DNA from: Eledone cirrhosa
Taxonomy: Eukaryota
Length of the DNA stretch: 64,000 nt
Direction: 5' to 3'
Assembly (NCBI GenBank): GCA_964016885.1
Contig: OZ024746.1
Coordinates: forward strand, 39,866,001 to 39,930,000
The notes under the pieces are model-generated. The model did no database searches. It was not told where the DNA came from and saw nothing but the letters and a program-made list of their open reading frames with translations. Positions within the stretch are counted from its first letter, which is position 1, and each line of letters opens with the position of its first letter. This document shows positions 42,237-56,009 of the stretch, piece by piece. The position numbers were made by a program, and so were the translations under genes.

Positions 42237-42346
42237 GCTTTCTGATGAAGTGTAATAAATAATTAAGTATTGCATATGATTGGACAATATATATTTCAAT
42301 CAGCATATGTAGACAATTAAATAGACACAGAAACATATGCTAAAGC
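42237..42346 (+). ncRNA. Hammerhead-like motif with ~80-nt stem II and a U16.1-to-C change
   Basis: GCTTT CTGATGA [long imperfect hairpin GTGT..TAATT..TGCATATG-ATTG / CAAT..CATATGTA..AATTA..ACAC] GAAA CATATG CT AAAGC. Confidence 0.55.
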
Positions 42347-43002
42347 AAATAAATTCCTAATCTCCTTCACGTCGACGTTTTATTTTTCTTGGTACAATAC
42401 TTGCTTATATATATATATATATGCCCAGCTTTAAACTAAGGTCGCCTAAAATATAGTGTCGAAATATAAACATATTCTTTAATCACATTGTTAACTACAC
42501 TATTAACGAACAAAATAAAGTGTGAGCTGATTCCACAAACAGAATCCTCTCCTAGTTTGAAATTAAATCCCTTCTATTGAACCTGTATTGCCCTTCGAAA
42601 ATGCGTAAAAGTTAAATCGCATCTCAACTGTTTTGAATCATGTAGAAACCTAACCGATATCGTTTACATTACTGAAGCGTAAACATTACTCTAAAGGTGA
42701 TGGTGGTGGTGGTGGTGTGGCGGTGGCGGTGGTGGTGATAGCGGTGGCAGTGGTGGTGGGAGGTGAGGACGTTGAATATAATCAGGTCAAGGAAATGTTG
42801 TTCTTATGTGTTATATATTCCTTAAATCAAGTATATGATTAATTAAATATTTTGTTTACAAAACCGATACTCAAGTTGACATTTTGTTGTCAGAGAGTAT
42901 TGGTAGCATTAAACAGTTTGAATGTATATTTATATACCTACATTTTTCCCGCTTGCTTACGATGACTTTCATATTAAATGTTTGTACTTTATAAATAAAC
43001 GG

Positions 43003-43028
43003 TTCCCTTTTCTATTTTTTTACGCAGG
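43003..43028 (+). promoter_or_regulatory. 3' splice acceptor of the coding exon, implying upstream 5'UTR exon(s)
   Basis: Polypyrimidine tract ttcccttttctattttttt followed by acgcAG|G; exon would start at 43028, 66 nt before the ATG. Confidence 0.7.
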
Positions 43029-43093
43029 TTTCATGACCGAGAAAAAAGGAGATAAATTCCTAGCTGGATTAAGGTATTGCTGTATATTAAGAA

Positions 43094-45196
43094 ATGGATT
43101 CCCTAAGTTTTTATCTGTATCCATGTGATTCCCTCCATCGAATACTCTGCCTTCTTTGCTGTGTTTTCTTATTAAATACGATAAACTGTGTCTCCAGTTC
43201 TTGTAACTTTCATGACATGAAACACATAGAGACGGTAGACGTAGTTTGGGAAACAAATAATGTTGCTAGGCAAAATGGAAATCATATAACGCAGATTGAA
43301 TTTAAGAAAAATTACATGATAGCCCACCATATTTACCCATCACCGATCGGTACCAATGACACTGAGCAATATTATATAAGAGTTTGTATCTCTAAAATGT
43401 TAGACAAATATGTGGTGAGGCATGAAGAATATGGTAAACCAATAACGTACGCATGCCTCGAATTTGTCAGAAGAGGCATAGCAGTAATGCAAATACGAGA
43501 ATCTAATTTTGTGTCACGGTTTGATCTACAGCTTTGTCAAGGACACCGTCTTAAATTAAACCCTTGGCCTTTAGTACTTCGTCGTCGAATTCGGGACGAA
43601 TACATACTTTGTCCTTTAGAAGGAGGATATAATATAAAAATTGTTGATTCAGATGGAGTTAAAAATGGCTGCAACATGAAGGCACTCCCGATGAGATTAG
43701 AAAGTGAATGTATAGCTGGAGAAGGGATAACATTTTATTTCCGATCTGCCTCATGTCTCCAGAATACACCAATGGATGCCACCACAAACTTAATATGCGT
43801 TGCCAGCTGGTGGGATGATGGTTATTCGTTTACTATTGTTAGAACTTTTAAAGGGAAAATTTGGTGCCTACGTTCTCAAAATAACTCAGAATGGGAGCAT
43901 AAAAAAGAAGTCTATTTATTCTTTGATTTAATATGCCCCAAAGGAATCGATGATATCATGGGGTGGTCAGGAACATCAAATAAGATCCGACAAGCCAAGA
44001 ACTACATCATTGTAACACTGAATCGTGTCTTGCATACTAGATTATGTCAAGACGAATATAAAGAATGCAGGCGGGTGGTGTGCTCAAGACTTACAAACTA
44101 TGAATGTCCCTACAGCTGTCGTAAATGTGATCCCAATATGCCTCCAGCAGTTTGTTCTTTTCCAAGTCGGCTTCGTGGCCCGTGGTACCAAACAAATTAC
44201 AATGGTATCAAAGAAATTCATATAGACGAGTCGGATTTGACAATTGATCGAGTTGGCTCGTTCAAGTGTGTCTCCTTAAGCAGAATCTCAACAAGAAGTG
44301 AAGGTCGATATTCAGTGCTTTCGCTTTTTAAAAATGGTTGCCGACCTCGTTATTCTTGTATACAAATCACTGATTATTCTCCAATGGTAATGGGTTATGT
44401 ACTCTCAAAAAGTCTCGTTTGGCCACTCATCGATGATCACGCTAAAGATTCGATTTGTAGTAACCAAAGATTCGTATCAGATGTCAAACCTATTGGTGAC
44501 ACATATCGCTCTTTTCCATATGCATTTAAACCCATTGTGTCTCGCAAACCTATGGAAAGTCTACAAGATTGTGATTTCAATAATAGTTATGAAATACGAT
44601 TAGCTATAAAACCTGGACGAGGTTGCTATGGTAGCATGTACCAGGACTGCTTTGACAATACCCTGTTCCGTATTGAAATGAAAGATTGCCCAATACACGC
44701 ACATGTAAGTGACTATCACTGTTTATTAACGTTTAAGCCTAATTATTGGGAGAAGGCCGTTATAATGCAAAATCGTGACAACACTTCTGATACTATATGT
44801 CTTCTGACTAACAACATGCATAAAAATCAATTAATGGTAATGGCTGCTAGTGAATGTAATAAAATGACTTGGTCTTTTGTAAGTGGTAGATATCTGAAAC
44901 CACTCAGTAGATACACGATCAAAGCTGAAGCTACACCTTGCAAAAACATTCCAATGAGAACTACAACCACTGCAGATAATGTTATCCTACATACACCCCA
45001 AACAATTGATAGGAATAAACCTGAAAAGCCGTTTATAATACCAGGTATAACAGACATTAGAGAAATTCACCCGAGAGAAAAGCCTAAAACGGGGAAATCA
45101 CGGAGTGATGGTGTGCGATTGGTTCAGAGCTTAATCAATGAAGGATTATTGTTGCTTTTTCTGTGGGTATTTTCAGTGTTTTTACAATTTACATGA
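43094..45196 (+). CDS. Uncharacterised 700-aa Cys-rich secreted/cell-surface protein: signal peptide, internal ShKT-like motif (aa 318-345), Thr/Pro-rich stalk, C-terminal GPI-signal-like hydrophobic tail; whole CDS in one exon
   Basis: 2.1-kb non-repetitive ORF. In-frame TAA at 43088-43090 just upstream of the ATG. Hydrophobic N-terminus (ILCLLCCVFLLNTINCVSS). CQDEYKECRRVVCSRLTNYECPYSCRKC has ShKT Cys spacing. Ends SRSDG...GLLLLFLWVFSVFLQFT*. The motifs CPLEGGY, LICVASW and CSFPSRLRGPW recall invertebrate DUF7042/DUF7043-type proteins (from memory, needs an HMM check). Confidence 0.9.
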   Translation: MDSLSFYLYPCDSLHRILCLLCCVFLLNTINCVSSSCNFHDMKHIETVDVVWETNNVARQNGNHITQIEFKKNYMIAHHIYPSPIGTNDTEQYYIRVCISKMLDKYVVRHEEYGKPITYACLEFVRRGIAVMQIRESNFVSRFDLQLCQGHRLKLNPWPLVLRRRIRDEYILCPLEGGYNIKIVDSDGVKNGCNMKALPMRLESECIAGEGITFYFRSASCLQNTPMDATTNLICVASWWDDGYSFTIVRTFKGKIWCLRSQNNSEWEHKKEVYLFFDLICPKGIDDIMGWSGTSNKIRQAKNYIIVTLNRVLHTRLCQDEYKECRRVVCSRLTNYECPYSCRKCDPNMPPAVCSFPSRLRGPWYQTNYNGIKEIHIDESDLTIDRVGSFKCVSLSRISTRSEGRYSVLSLFKNGCRPRYSCIQITDYSPMVMGYVLSKSLVWPLIDDHAKDSICSNQRFVSDVKPIGDTYRSFPYAFKPIVSRKPMESLQDCDFNNSYEIRLAIKPGRGCYGSMYQDCFDNTLFRIEMKDCPIHAHVSDYHCLLTFKPNYWEKAVIMQNRDNTSDTICLLTNNMHKNQLMVMAASECNKMTWSFVSGRYLKPLSRYTIKAEATPCKNIPMRTTTTADNVILHTPQTIDRNKPEKPFIIPGITDIREIHPREKPKTGKSRSDGVRLVQSLINEGLLLLFLWVFSVFLQFT

Positions 45197-45257
45197 AATG
45201 CTGATGGATTTTATCTTAAAGAGATATCACATCATAACAACCTAAGAATCAACAAGT

Positions 45258-45263
45258 AATAAA
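45258..45263 (+). terminator. Candidate polyadenylation signal AATAAA
   Basis: First AATAAA after the stop codon at 45196; others lie further downstream (e.g. 48014), so usage is uncertain. Confidence 0.3.
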
Positions 45264-45743
45264 AGGCGTGCCAACGAGATTTACAAGCCGGTAAGGATTT
45301 CTTTCCCTACTGAGAGTAGAATATAATTTGGAATCAGATCAAAAGTAATAAACAAATGACATTGTATGATATAAACCTGATTATTTTAAAAAAAAAAGAA
45401 GAAACGAAATATCAAAACCTTGCATATTTTGTTCTTTCTCGTTGTTCTATTCCTTTCTCAGTTGCAGACGATGTCTAGTATCTCCCCATTCTATCTTCTT
45501 TTCCCAACGTCTCACTCCAACCTACATTCTTTATTCATTCTTCCTTGCTTCACTCTCATCAATCCTTTCCTTTCCTTACTTAAAGAGAAACAGATACTTA
45601 AACTAAATTATGTGTTGGATTCTAATCAACATTATATTATTGGAATATTGCAATACAACTTGATAAGTTGTATGTGTGTGTTTGCATATATATGTATGTG
45701 TGTGTGTGCGTGTGTATGTGTGTGTGTGTGTGTGGTGTGTTGT

Positions 45744-45774
<31 letters not shown>

Positions 45775-45807
45775 AATATATATATATATAAATATATATA
45801 TATACAA

Positions 45808-45845
<38 letters not shown>

Positions 45846-45892
45846 ATAAATTATATATACATATATATATATATGTATATAATTATATATAC

Positions 45893-45931
<39 letters not shown>

Positions 45932-46115
45932 TATACAATACAATATACATGTACAATATGTGTATGTGTTTGTACATATAATCGTATATGCTAGTGTATA
46001 TGTTGCCCATTTTCCCACAAAGATTCGTGAAAGACCAGCAAGCGACTTATCTACAGGAACTACAAAATTTCAATTCAAAATATATGATACATTATAAATG
46101 TCGCATGTAATATAC

Positions 46116-46900
<785 letters not shown>

Positions 46901-47340
46901 TACAGATAGTTTTAGATACGCATCCATGTTGAATGGAACTATCTTGTTCTCAAATCCACGCAACAAACTATATTTTAACGCTATTTTCTGTCAGCTAATG
47001 AGTATACGTATTTACTGCAGATGACGTTATGGCTGATTAAATGTTGACTAATCTACATTTTACTAATTTAGTGGATTAAACAAGGTTCATCCACTTTAAA
47101 AAGAGAGAAAAAGATGCAAAAAAAAACAACAGACGTTCGTTCAAACTTGCACACTTGAAACTAAATATATTATATGTATTTCTAATATTGTAAATATTCT
47201 GTGGTGTAAACTCTCAAAAATTGTTTGTTTTCTTTTAATACTTACATATACAAATAGTAACAGAGTACATCAACATTATATGTATATACATTATATACAT
47301 ATAAGGTTGATGTACTCTGTATATATATATATATACATAT

Positions 47341-47414
<74 letters not shown>

Positions 47415-48570
47415 TATACGAGATATCGTTAGAGTAAGCTATAACGAGGACTGTTTCAGCATACTGTGTTACTATCTTTATATATATATATATACATATA
47501 ATGGTTATATTTTGTTATTTTGTTGATATGTGAAAGCGCTAATGGTGTTACATATTAAAACAGTGTTAAGCGATACGTGAATTTATAAATACATACAAGT
47601 GCACATATTTTATGTATGTGTTTGCAGTTTTGCTGAAGTTTTGTGCAACATATATGGCTGTTTCATATCTCGGTACTATTATAAGCATATATACATACTT
47701 TTGAAATTATTGAAACAAAAAGCAACAACACAAAAAGCAACAGCATTGACAAGACAAGAAAAATAAAATTTTAAAACAGCGGAACCACATGGAAATTTAA
47801 TAGAAAGACGATGTAATATTGACTGAGATATCAGTCGATATTGTTGTATTAAAGATGGTTAAACACCTACTGTGACAATATTAAACCAGACATGTAATCT
47901 GCTATAGTAAGTGCTGTTCTAATATGGCAGCCGTATTCGTCAGCAGTACTGCTAAACTGAAAGTGGTACTTGTCTATATAGGGCATTAGTATATCGGTTG
48001 TTAACTTATCGTGAATAAAAAGATACTAATATTTCCTTTTGAACAGTTTCAGGTGAGTACAATGATGTAAGTTTCTCAATAATTAAACGCATTACTGTGA
48101 ACCTTTCTACATACTTAGTAATACTAACAGTATTACTGATTATTAAAAAACAGTAATACTAACGCATTACTGTTAATTATATACATACTCAGGACTTGAG
48201 AGCCAAACATTTACTATACGAGTTACGTAGCAATAATGAATCATTTTTTTTTTCTGTTATATATTTATATTTTGTGATATATTACTGCTGCGCCATAAGA
48301 TAATCCTAAACTCACGGTGAGCTGTTACCCGGATAGAGCTGTTTCACTTCATTTGCAGCGCTAGTAATTTTGAGAAATATTACAACATATTTCCAATTAT
48401 TATTTGTTCTACTTGAGATATACATGTGTAAGAGATTAATAAAGTTACAAATATTAATAAAGTTACAAACAGTTCAACAAACACCAAATTATATATATCT
48501 ACTTTGTTGCTTATAGTTGTTTAATATTGTAGAGATGATTATGTTTTTAATATGTATTTTTGTTTATTAA

Positions 48571-48692
<122 letters not shown>

Positions 48693-50180
48693 GTGTTTCT
48701 GTTTTAAGTGAACTGCGAACTAATACCCGACTACGTATCAGTTCACTTAATCCTAGTCTGTACGAGACACCAAATGACTCCGAGTTACAACACCGATGAT
48801 ACGTCCCAGCAGATATAGATGAAACTCACACACACACATATATGTGTGTGTGTGTATATATATGTGTGTGTGTGCATATGTATATGTGTATATATATATA
48901 CACACAAAAAATATTTACAACCCCATCATCTTCAAAAAATATTTACAACCCCAAAACTGATCCAGTGAGAGTTGTTTTGTGCATTGTTTCTTTTTTACAG
49001 CACCCCGCTATAAACAGAACGAAGATTATTGATCTTACATATATTAAATATGACCAGTAAGTATTAGTAGGATCACCTTATTCACTTAACCAAATACTAC
49101 ACCTGCCTAATGCCGCAAATTTGTAGAGATTGGTACCCCTCACAAATTGAACAGTTCCCGTATATATCAACTGTTTATTGTTAATATTTTTCTGTTTTTG
49201 CTATGTATGAAGGGTCTATGCCCATAAATAACCTTTGTAGATACTCCAATTCTCATAAGATCAATGCTGCTTAAATTGTCGCAGTTCGACTCTTGCACAC
49301 AAAAAACATGTGCAAGGAGAAAATTCTATTATCCGAAGCTCAAATATGGAGAAAAAAAAGTCTAAAGTTCCAGCTGAGTATACTAGAGCAACGTAAAATG
49401 ACTTTCATGACTTAAGAACGTAACGGACAAACCCGTCCAAGAATCGAACCCACGACATTATGATCGTAAGTCCAACACGCTTATCACTAGGCCACGCGCC
49501 TTCTTCGCAAGTAAAGGAACTGGGCTTAATATTTAATGCAAAGCCTGGGGTGTTGAACGAAATATAGATGATGAGAGTAGGTGAGATGAGTGAGGAGAAA
49601 GTGCCTAAGTGGAGGTGGCACGAGGTTAGCTATATCTGAGGAGAGAAAGCTATTGTTGTAGTGTTAGAACGACTGTGAGCTAGAGGCTGAAGCATATCTC
49701 TCGATGGCTTTATGCCGTTCTGATATTAATGATCCCGTCGTATTACAGTTTGGTAGATCTTTAACTTAAAAGCAGCAGAAGAAACTCCTATTATTACCCC
49801 CACTATCTTCACCCTCTTCTATTCCATTACTTAACAGAGACATAGAGACAAAAAGAAGAAATAAGCATTCTATTCAATTTAAATAAAAACTTCTGTAGTG
49901 ATCAAATGAGGAAAGAATATGATTAAATAAATTCAATATAATTAATGTGGGAAAGAGTAAAACAGTCAATGAGAAAGAGGAATGGTTTTATAAAGAGATT
50001 GAAGGCATGAATTAAAAAGGTAACGATAAAGAAAAAGACAGAATCGGTGGTAGAGATAACGGATAAAAGAAACTGATGGAAATAAGAGCCATATTGTACG
50101 GTGTGAGAAAATACAACTAAGTGGAATTATAAATGACAAGAACACACAAGAGGAAGTTTGATAAGATATTTGAGATTTCA

Positions 50181-50248
<68 letters not shown>

Positions 50249-50249
<1 letters not shown>

Positions 50250-50701
50250 TGGTGGCTGCCAACTCGTTTTCGAGTACGGCCACTATTTTATATCCATGTA
50301 GGAGAACCCCTACCGATGCGCTGAACGAGTGTGACTTTTTAGTCCAGCCAGCGACTTGAAAACTCTGGTACAAACACTACACCTGTGACAAATATTGACA
50401 CATAGTGCTGGGCCCATGATACCATGTGACGACAAGTGCAGAGAGATCTCCAGATATAAAGCAATGCCTGTGCCGTGAAGCTTTTATAGTGAGCAAAGGC
50501 ACTGCACAAAGCCAGTCCCACTCTCTTAACCAAGATGATATTTACCAAAAAGAACGAGTCAACGTCATTGGATACCATCAGGGTGCAGGTGTTATATCAG
50601 AGTTTTCCTTCTCCTAGAATTCTGCCTTGACAAAGGCTAAGGGGTCATCTCTCCCGGTGATTTTGGATGGCCATTGACTCTTAAGAGCTCCTTTGCCCTT
50701 T
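50249..50701 (-). mobile_element. Second, 5'-truncated copy of the RTE-derived element, in (TA)n
   Basis: High identity to 18359-18814; 50310-50381 (-) translates CSVCTRVFKSLAGLKSHTRSAHR*, an intact C2H2 pattern. Confidence 0.8.
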
Positions 50702-50747
50702 GATATATATTTATACATATATATATATTCATACATATATATATATA

Positions 50748-50810
<63 letters not shown>

Positions 50811-52001
50811 TGAGAGAGAGAGAGGGGGGAAAGAGGGAGAGAGAGAGTGACGTATATATAGTAATATTGTAGGTGATGTTATTCAAGAGAAAGAAAGAAA
50901 AGTATAGATTCCATGCCAAGTTTTTGGGATCACTACATACGTTTCTTTGTGGTCATTAGCTGCTTTCTGTTTCAGCTAGAAATTATTTCAGGGTAGATGG
51001 TGTTCTACGAAGGGTATTTGTATGAGAGAGGTGGGGTAGATTAACAGTAAATGCGTGTGAAGGAAGGAGTGAAAGATTGGGTGAGTGGGAACGTGTGTGA
51101 AAGAGAGAGAGAGTTCTTTAATAAAAGAATCTTAATTTAGCAGCTCAAGAGAGAATCTTAAAATCTGAATAGGTTTAAATTTTAATTTCCGGTAAACTTC
51201 TCGGACGGACAATCATGTTGAAGATGACAAATTATGAAAGTTTCAAAGCTGATTAATTTAGTGTTTTATGTTAATGAGGATATTGGTGGGGTTTTTTGGA
51301 GTTTTTTTCTGATTATTTAGCACCCGCTCAACTCTAGCACGGTGACCAAAATTTACAATCAAAGATGTGCTAATCTTAACTAACTCATTCTTCTCTCATA
51401 CACTGCGTTACTAGGAATATATTATACAACATGACACCCCAGAATGTAAAGAGACACAACTAAATACTGCAAAGCATTCCCTGTATAATCTACAGATTAT
51501 ATTAATCATGGTTTTGTGTACAAGGAATAGAGTTATATTCTATTGGTGGGACTAAGTTGTGTATCATAGGAAATAATACATGTTCTTTATGTATTTCTCA
51601 ATGTGTTTTCCATTTCTTGTTTCTGTCACTTAAAAAAAACAATAATGACAAAAATGCCGTTACTGATCAATCGGTAAAATGGCAGATTTGAACAATAACA
51701 AAATTTTCTGCCGATTAATCGATGGATCCATCCTTTATAGTATATTTTGCTTTTTGTTTAAAGTAGCTAAAACCTTTAGAAAAGTATAAAATTCCAAATA
51801 TACCATTCCCTCTCCCACAGAATATGCCACGTTTTTGCCTAGTTGAAAGAAAACAATATGCTCGCTGGTATTTAGCTCCAGACCAGCAATCATCGAAAAA
51901 AAAGAAAAACAAATGAGAGGATCCGATCGTCAGAACGAACCAAGGAAATGAACTAATATAAGATTATTTTCAAATCATGATATTAAATCTTTTATTAAAA
52001 A

Positions 52002-52341
<340 letters not shown>

Positions 52342-52475
52342 TAGAAAGTGAGGTTTTTTTTACAAAATGAAAAATAACCGAAGTGTCCTACACGAGTGAA
52401 AGTATAAAGAAAAAAAGATGAAATAGAAAATGCAACTGGAGTCTTATTTTTAAAACATATATATTTATTTGGTTC

Positions 52476-52511
52476 CTTTACCGGTTTCGCAGTTCTTCTG
52501 CTTTTCAAAAG
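52476..52511 (-). ncRNA. Minimal hammerhead ribozyme, U3-A8 core variant
   Basis: Minus strand: CTT TTGAAAA GCAG-aagaa-CTGC GAAA CCGG TA AAG; palindromic ACCGGT stem III, GUA triplet; the insert lies between (TA)n tracts. Confidence 0.7.
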
Positions 52512-52646
52512 TAGAGTTGAGATGGAGGGTCTGTGGTTTTTCTCACATCTGTATATATATATAATTTTCTCACATATATAATTGGTGTTGGGTGCTTAAA
52601 GCGTCCGTATGAGCACTCGGTGCCCTCGTAGAGCAGAGTATGTATG

Positions 52647-52856
52647 ATATCACAGAAAAAAGAGAATCAGTGTTGCGAAGCAGATTTTCCTATCAATAGG
52701 AAAATCTGCTTAGAATCGAGACGTATCCGAGGACCGCGCGATTTCAGAGTCAGGCTTCATCACCACATCGATCGTGCCTCGAGCTGATCGCCCGAGAAAC
52801 AATTGTAATATGTCCAATAAATTCCTTTCGTCGCAACACTGATTCTCTTTTTTCTA

Positions 52857-52862
<6 letters not shown>
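52647..52862. mobile_element. Element with 32-bp inverted termini and an internal palindrome, related to the 33772-34091 family
   Basis: 52647-52678 pairs with 52831-52862; palindrome at 52678-52711; shares atcgatcgt.cctcgagctgatcg.....gaaaca..tgtaatatgt with 34008-34053. Confidence 0.75.
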
Positions 52863-52923
<61 letters not shown>

Positions 52924-53150
52924 TTTGAGGTTCACCACTGGATAGAGCTGGTCAATTCCGTATGGTCAATCTTAATGTAATAATATGGAGAGTACTCAAC
53001 GTAAAGCAGTTCAATCGTCTTTGTTTTTGTAGTTGGTGGTGCTAGTACGGAGTTAAATATTATAATGAAATGACAGGAGGCTGGACTTGTGTAAATCCTT
53101 GAAAGTCCAGCCTCCTGCCATTTCATTATAATTATATATATATATATATA

Positions 53151-53185
<35 letters not shown>

Positions 53186-54181
53186 GAAAGTAATTTATTT
53201 TATTTTATTCCGAATTTATTTTTCAACTAATAGAATAGTGTGAGGGTGGGGAGAGAACTCTGTGTGAGTGTCTAAGTAAGTGTGTGTGTGTGTATCTGTT
53301 TGACGGTGTGTGTGTGATTTCCTGTACAGTGACTAGTTTAGTCTAGTCTAGTTGTTCATAATTTGATAAATTCAAACATGCGTAGTTCTCTTCTATGCCA
53401 GCAGTATTCAGCAATATTCTGTGAAGCAAAAGGCCTTTATTTATTCTCAATGTATTTCTCCCATTCAAATGTCAATCATTTTTTTCTTTTTTCTTTTTGT
53501 TATTGTTTTATTTTTCTCATCATTTATATATTTAGAAATTCAGTGGATTTAACTTTATTTTGAAAAAAATAATAATTTCCTCAATGGTGAATAAAGTGTA
53601 ATTTTTTTTTTTTTTATTTTACTCTTAAATTGTATACTTTATATTATTGTCCTTTAAACCTTGATATAACCCTATCTTGCTCGGCGTATTAAAACGTGTG
53701 AAGCCGCATGGCCCAATGGTTAAGATACTTGATCTATGATCGTAATGTCGTAGGTTTGATTCTTGGACAGGGTGCGGCGTTGTGTTTTTTAGCAAAACAC
53801 TTTATTTAACATTGTTCCAGTATACTCAGCTGTAGCTGGGGAGTTAATCCTGCGATAGACCGGCGTATTATCCAGGGAAAGTCTTGTACTTTAGGTCGCT
53901 TAACGCCAAGGAAGCCGATAAGCACTAGCCTGATGAACCTTCAGCTTAGAACAGACTTTAACTATTAATATGTGTTTGTGAGAGTAAGATACGTCACTGG
54001 CCCATTTAAACAAAATTAGGGAGAAAAATGTTCTCATTTTCATAAAACGGATAATTTGCAATATAGATTAGGAACACTTTGATTATATAAAACGATAATT
54101 CACACCGCAGAGAAAATTATCAGTTTTACAAGACAGTGAATTCATGCTTGCTTGACAGTGTAGTTTTCTCAACTAAATAAT

Positions 54182-54350
54182 TGTTTCTACTTTTGGCACA
54201 AGGCCAGCAATTATACCAGTGTATTACTGGTACTTTATTTTATCGACCCGTAAGGATGAAAGGCAAAGTTAACATCAGCGGGATTTGAACTCAGATCGTA
54301 AAGGGCCGTAATTACGCTGGAAAGCATGTCTGACTCTCTACCAATACTGC
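54182..54350 (-). mobile_element. SINE family A with 12-bp TSD
   Basis: TSD caactaaataat at 54170-54181 and 54351-54362. Confidence 0.88.
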
Positions 54351-54624
54351 CAACTAAATAATATCAGTTTTTAATCTTACTAATGTTTCCAGAGCAAGCT
54401 TAAAATATCATCGCAGTTTTCACGCATACTTTTCAATCGCAGTTTTTATATAATTAAGCAATACAATGGATCTATCTTAAATAACCAAGACTCGAGTGAG
54501 AATATATTACATCCAGTTGTAATTGACTTTTGTTATTACTATTATTTCGTATTGTCTGATTACCAAAACAGTTTTCCTAACACAAACATATTATCTAAAA
54601 TATATTTAATCTTGTAAAAAAAAT

Positions 54625-54823
54625 TACCATTGGCACCAGGTTTTGTAGAAGGGAAAAATTGATTATATCTACCCTAGTACTTAACTATTCTTTTATCATC
54701 CCCGGAAGGATGAAAATCAAAGTTGATCTCAGTATGATTTGAACACAGAATGTAGAAAGTTGTAACTCAATACTGCAAAACATTATGTCCGGCGCTGTAC
54801 CGACACTGCTAATCCATCGCCCT
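54625..54823 (-). mobile_element. SINE family A, older
   Basis: Degenerate tail, core and head. Confidence 0.7.
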
Positions 54824-55749
54824 TTAATATTGTAAATAATAACATTGTAGTTAAAATCTTAGGCATGTTTATCAAGCGAAGTACAACTCTGGGATTAATT
54901 TCAAACGCTAATATATATATATATTTTTTTTTGCCAGCAAACTGTAAACGTCACATGACATGCCAAATGTAGTGGAAAATTATTAATAAACCATATTGCA
55001 TGGTCACGGGTACAGATCTGAGGATAGCTAATCTAAATATGTTTTAAACATATTGGTGTGATCTCACATATGGAAGTGTTAACATTAAATATGACCCCAT
55101 ACACGTAGAACTGTTTGGCAAACTTGTTTCATCGCATTTCATATATATTCCTGTTACTAAAATTTGTCAAATTTTCTGCGTTCATACAATATGTTTTGTT
55201 CATTAAGAACACAACACAACTATTTACTAAATCTTATCATGGCTGCACTTCCGCTTGACGTTGGAGCTAATGAGTTCTTAAAACCAGTTCATGTTTTGCC
55301 AAAACTAGTTGCGCTCATAACCATAATTTTGCTATTTTATTTTACAGGAAGGCTAAATATGCTTTTTCATAAATATACATATACATTATCAAATTTAAGT
55401 AAGTTTTTTTTTAAATGTCGGACAGGGAGAGTTGACAGGTTTGCACAGGGCACGTTTGTCTCAACAGTATTATTATAAATTGGGACAACTTTAAATCCAG
55501 CAGTATCCACATTGATAATTTGATTAGCAATTGAACACAACTCAGATTGATTCCATAAGCCGAATTGTATGTCTGGCAAAAAGTCAACTAGGTTTGTCAA
55601 AATACTGTTTTGTCCAATCTCAATTGATTATATAAGTAAGAAGGATAATTCAATAGAATGCAAACTATATTTTGGGATGTATATATGTTCCTACAATACT
55701 GAAAGGGTTAAAATTGGCGCTGGTGGAATATAAATTAATTCATATTCCG

Positions 55750-55901
55750 CCATTTTGGGGTGGGTGAGAGATGTCTTCTCTTGTGAAAATGGGTATAGCT
55801 TTCATTATGTAAAATCTCCCCATTTTGCCTCATTTCACCCCGTTTTGGGGCACTTCTTTTCATGATACTCCCTGTTCAGGCTTTTACAGGTTGGCAGGTC
55901 T
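55750..55901 (+). mobile_element. Second copy (right part) of the MITE family
   Basis: Shares gagagatg.cttctcttgtgaaaatgggtatagctttcatta...aggttggcaggtct with 11820-11955. Confidence 0.7.
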
Positions 55902-56009
55902 GTCTGTGTGTATATTTTCGAAAAGAGAAAAGAAGGAACAAATACACATAAATATACATATTACGAGTTTATTTTATAAAAATTACCCATTTCTGTTTCA
56001 AACAAACTA

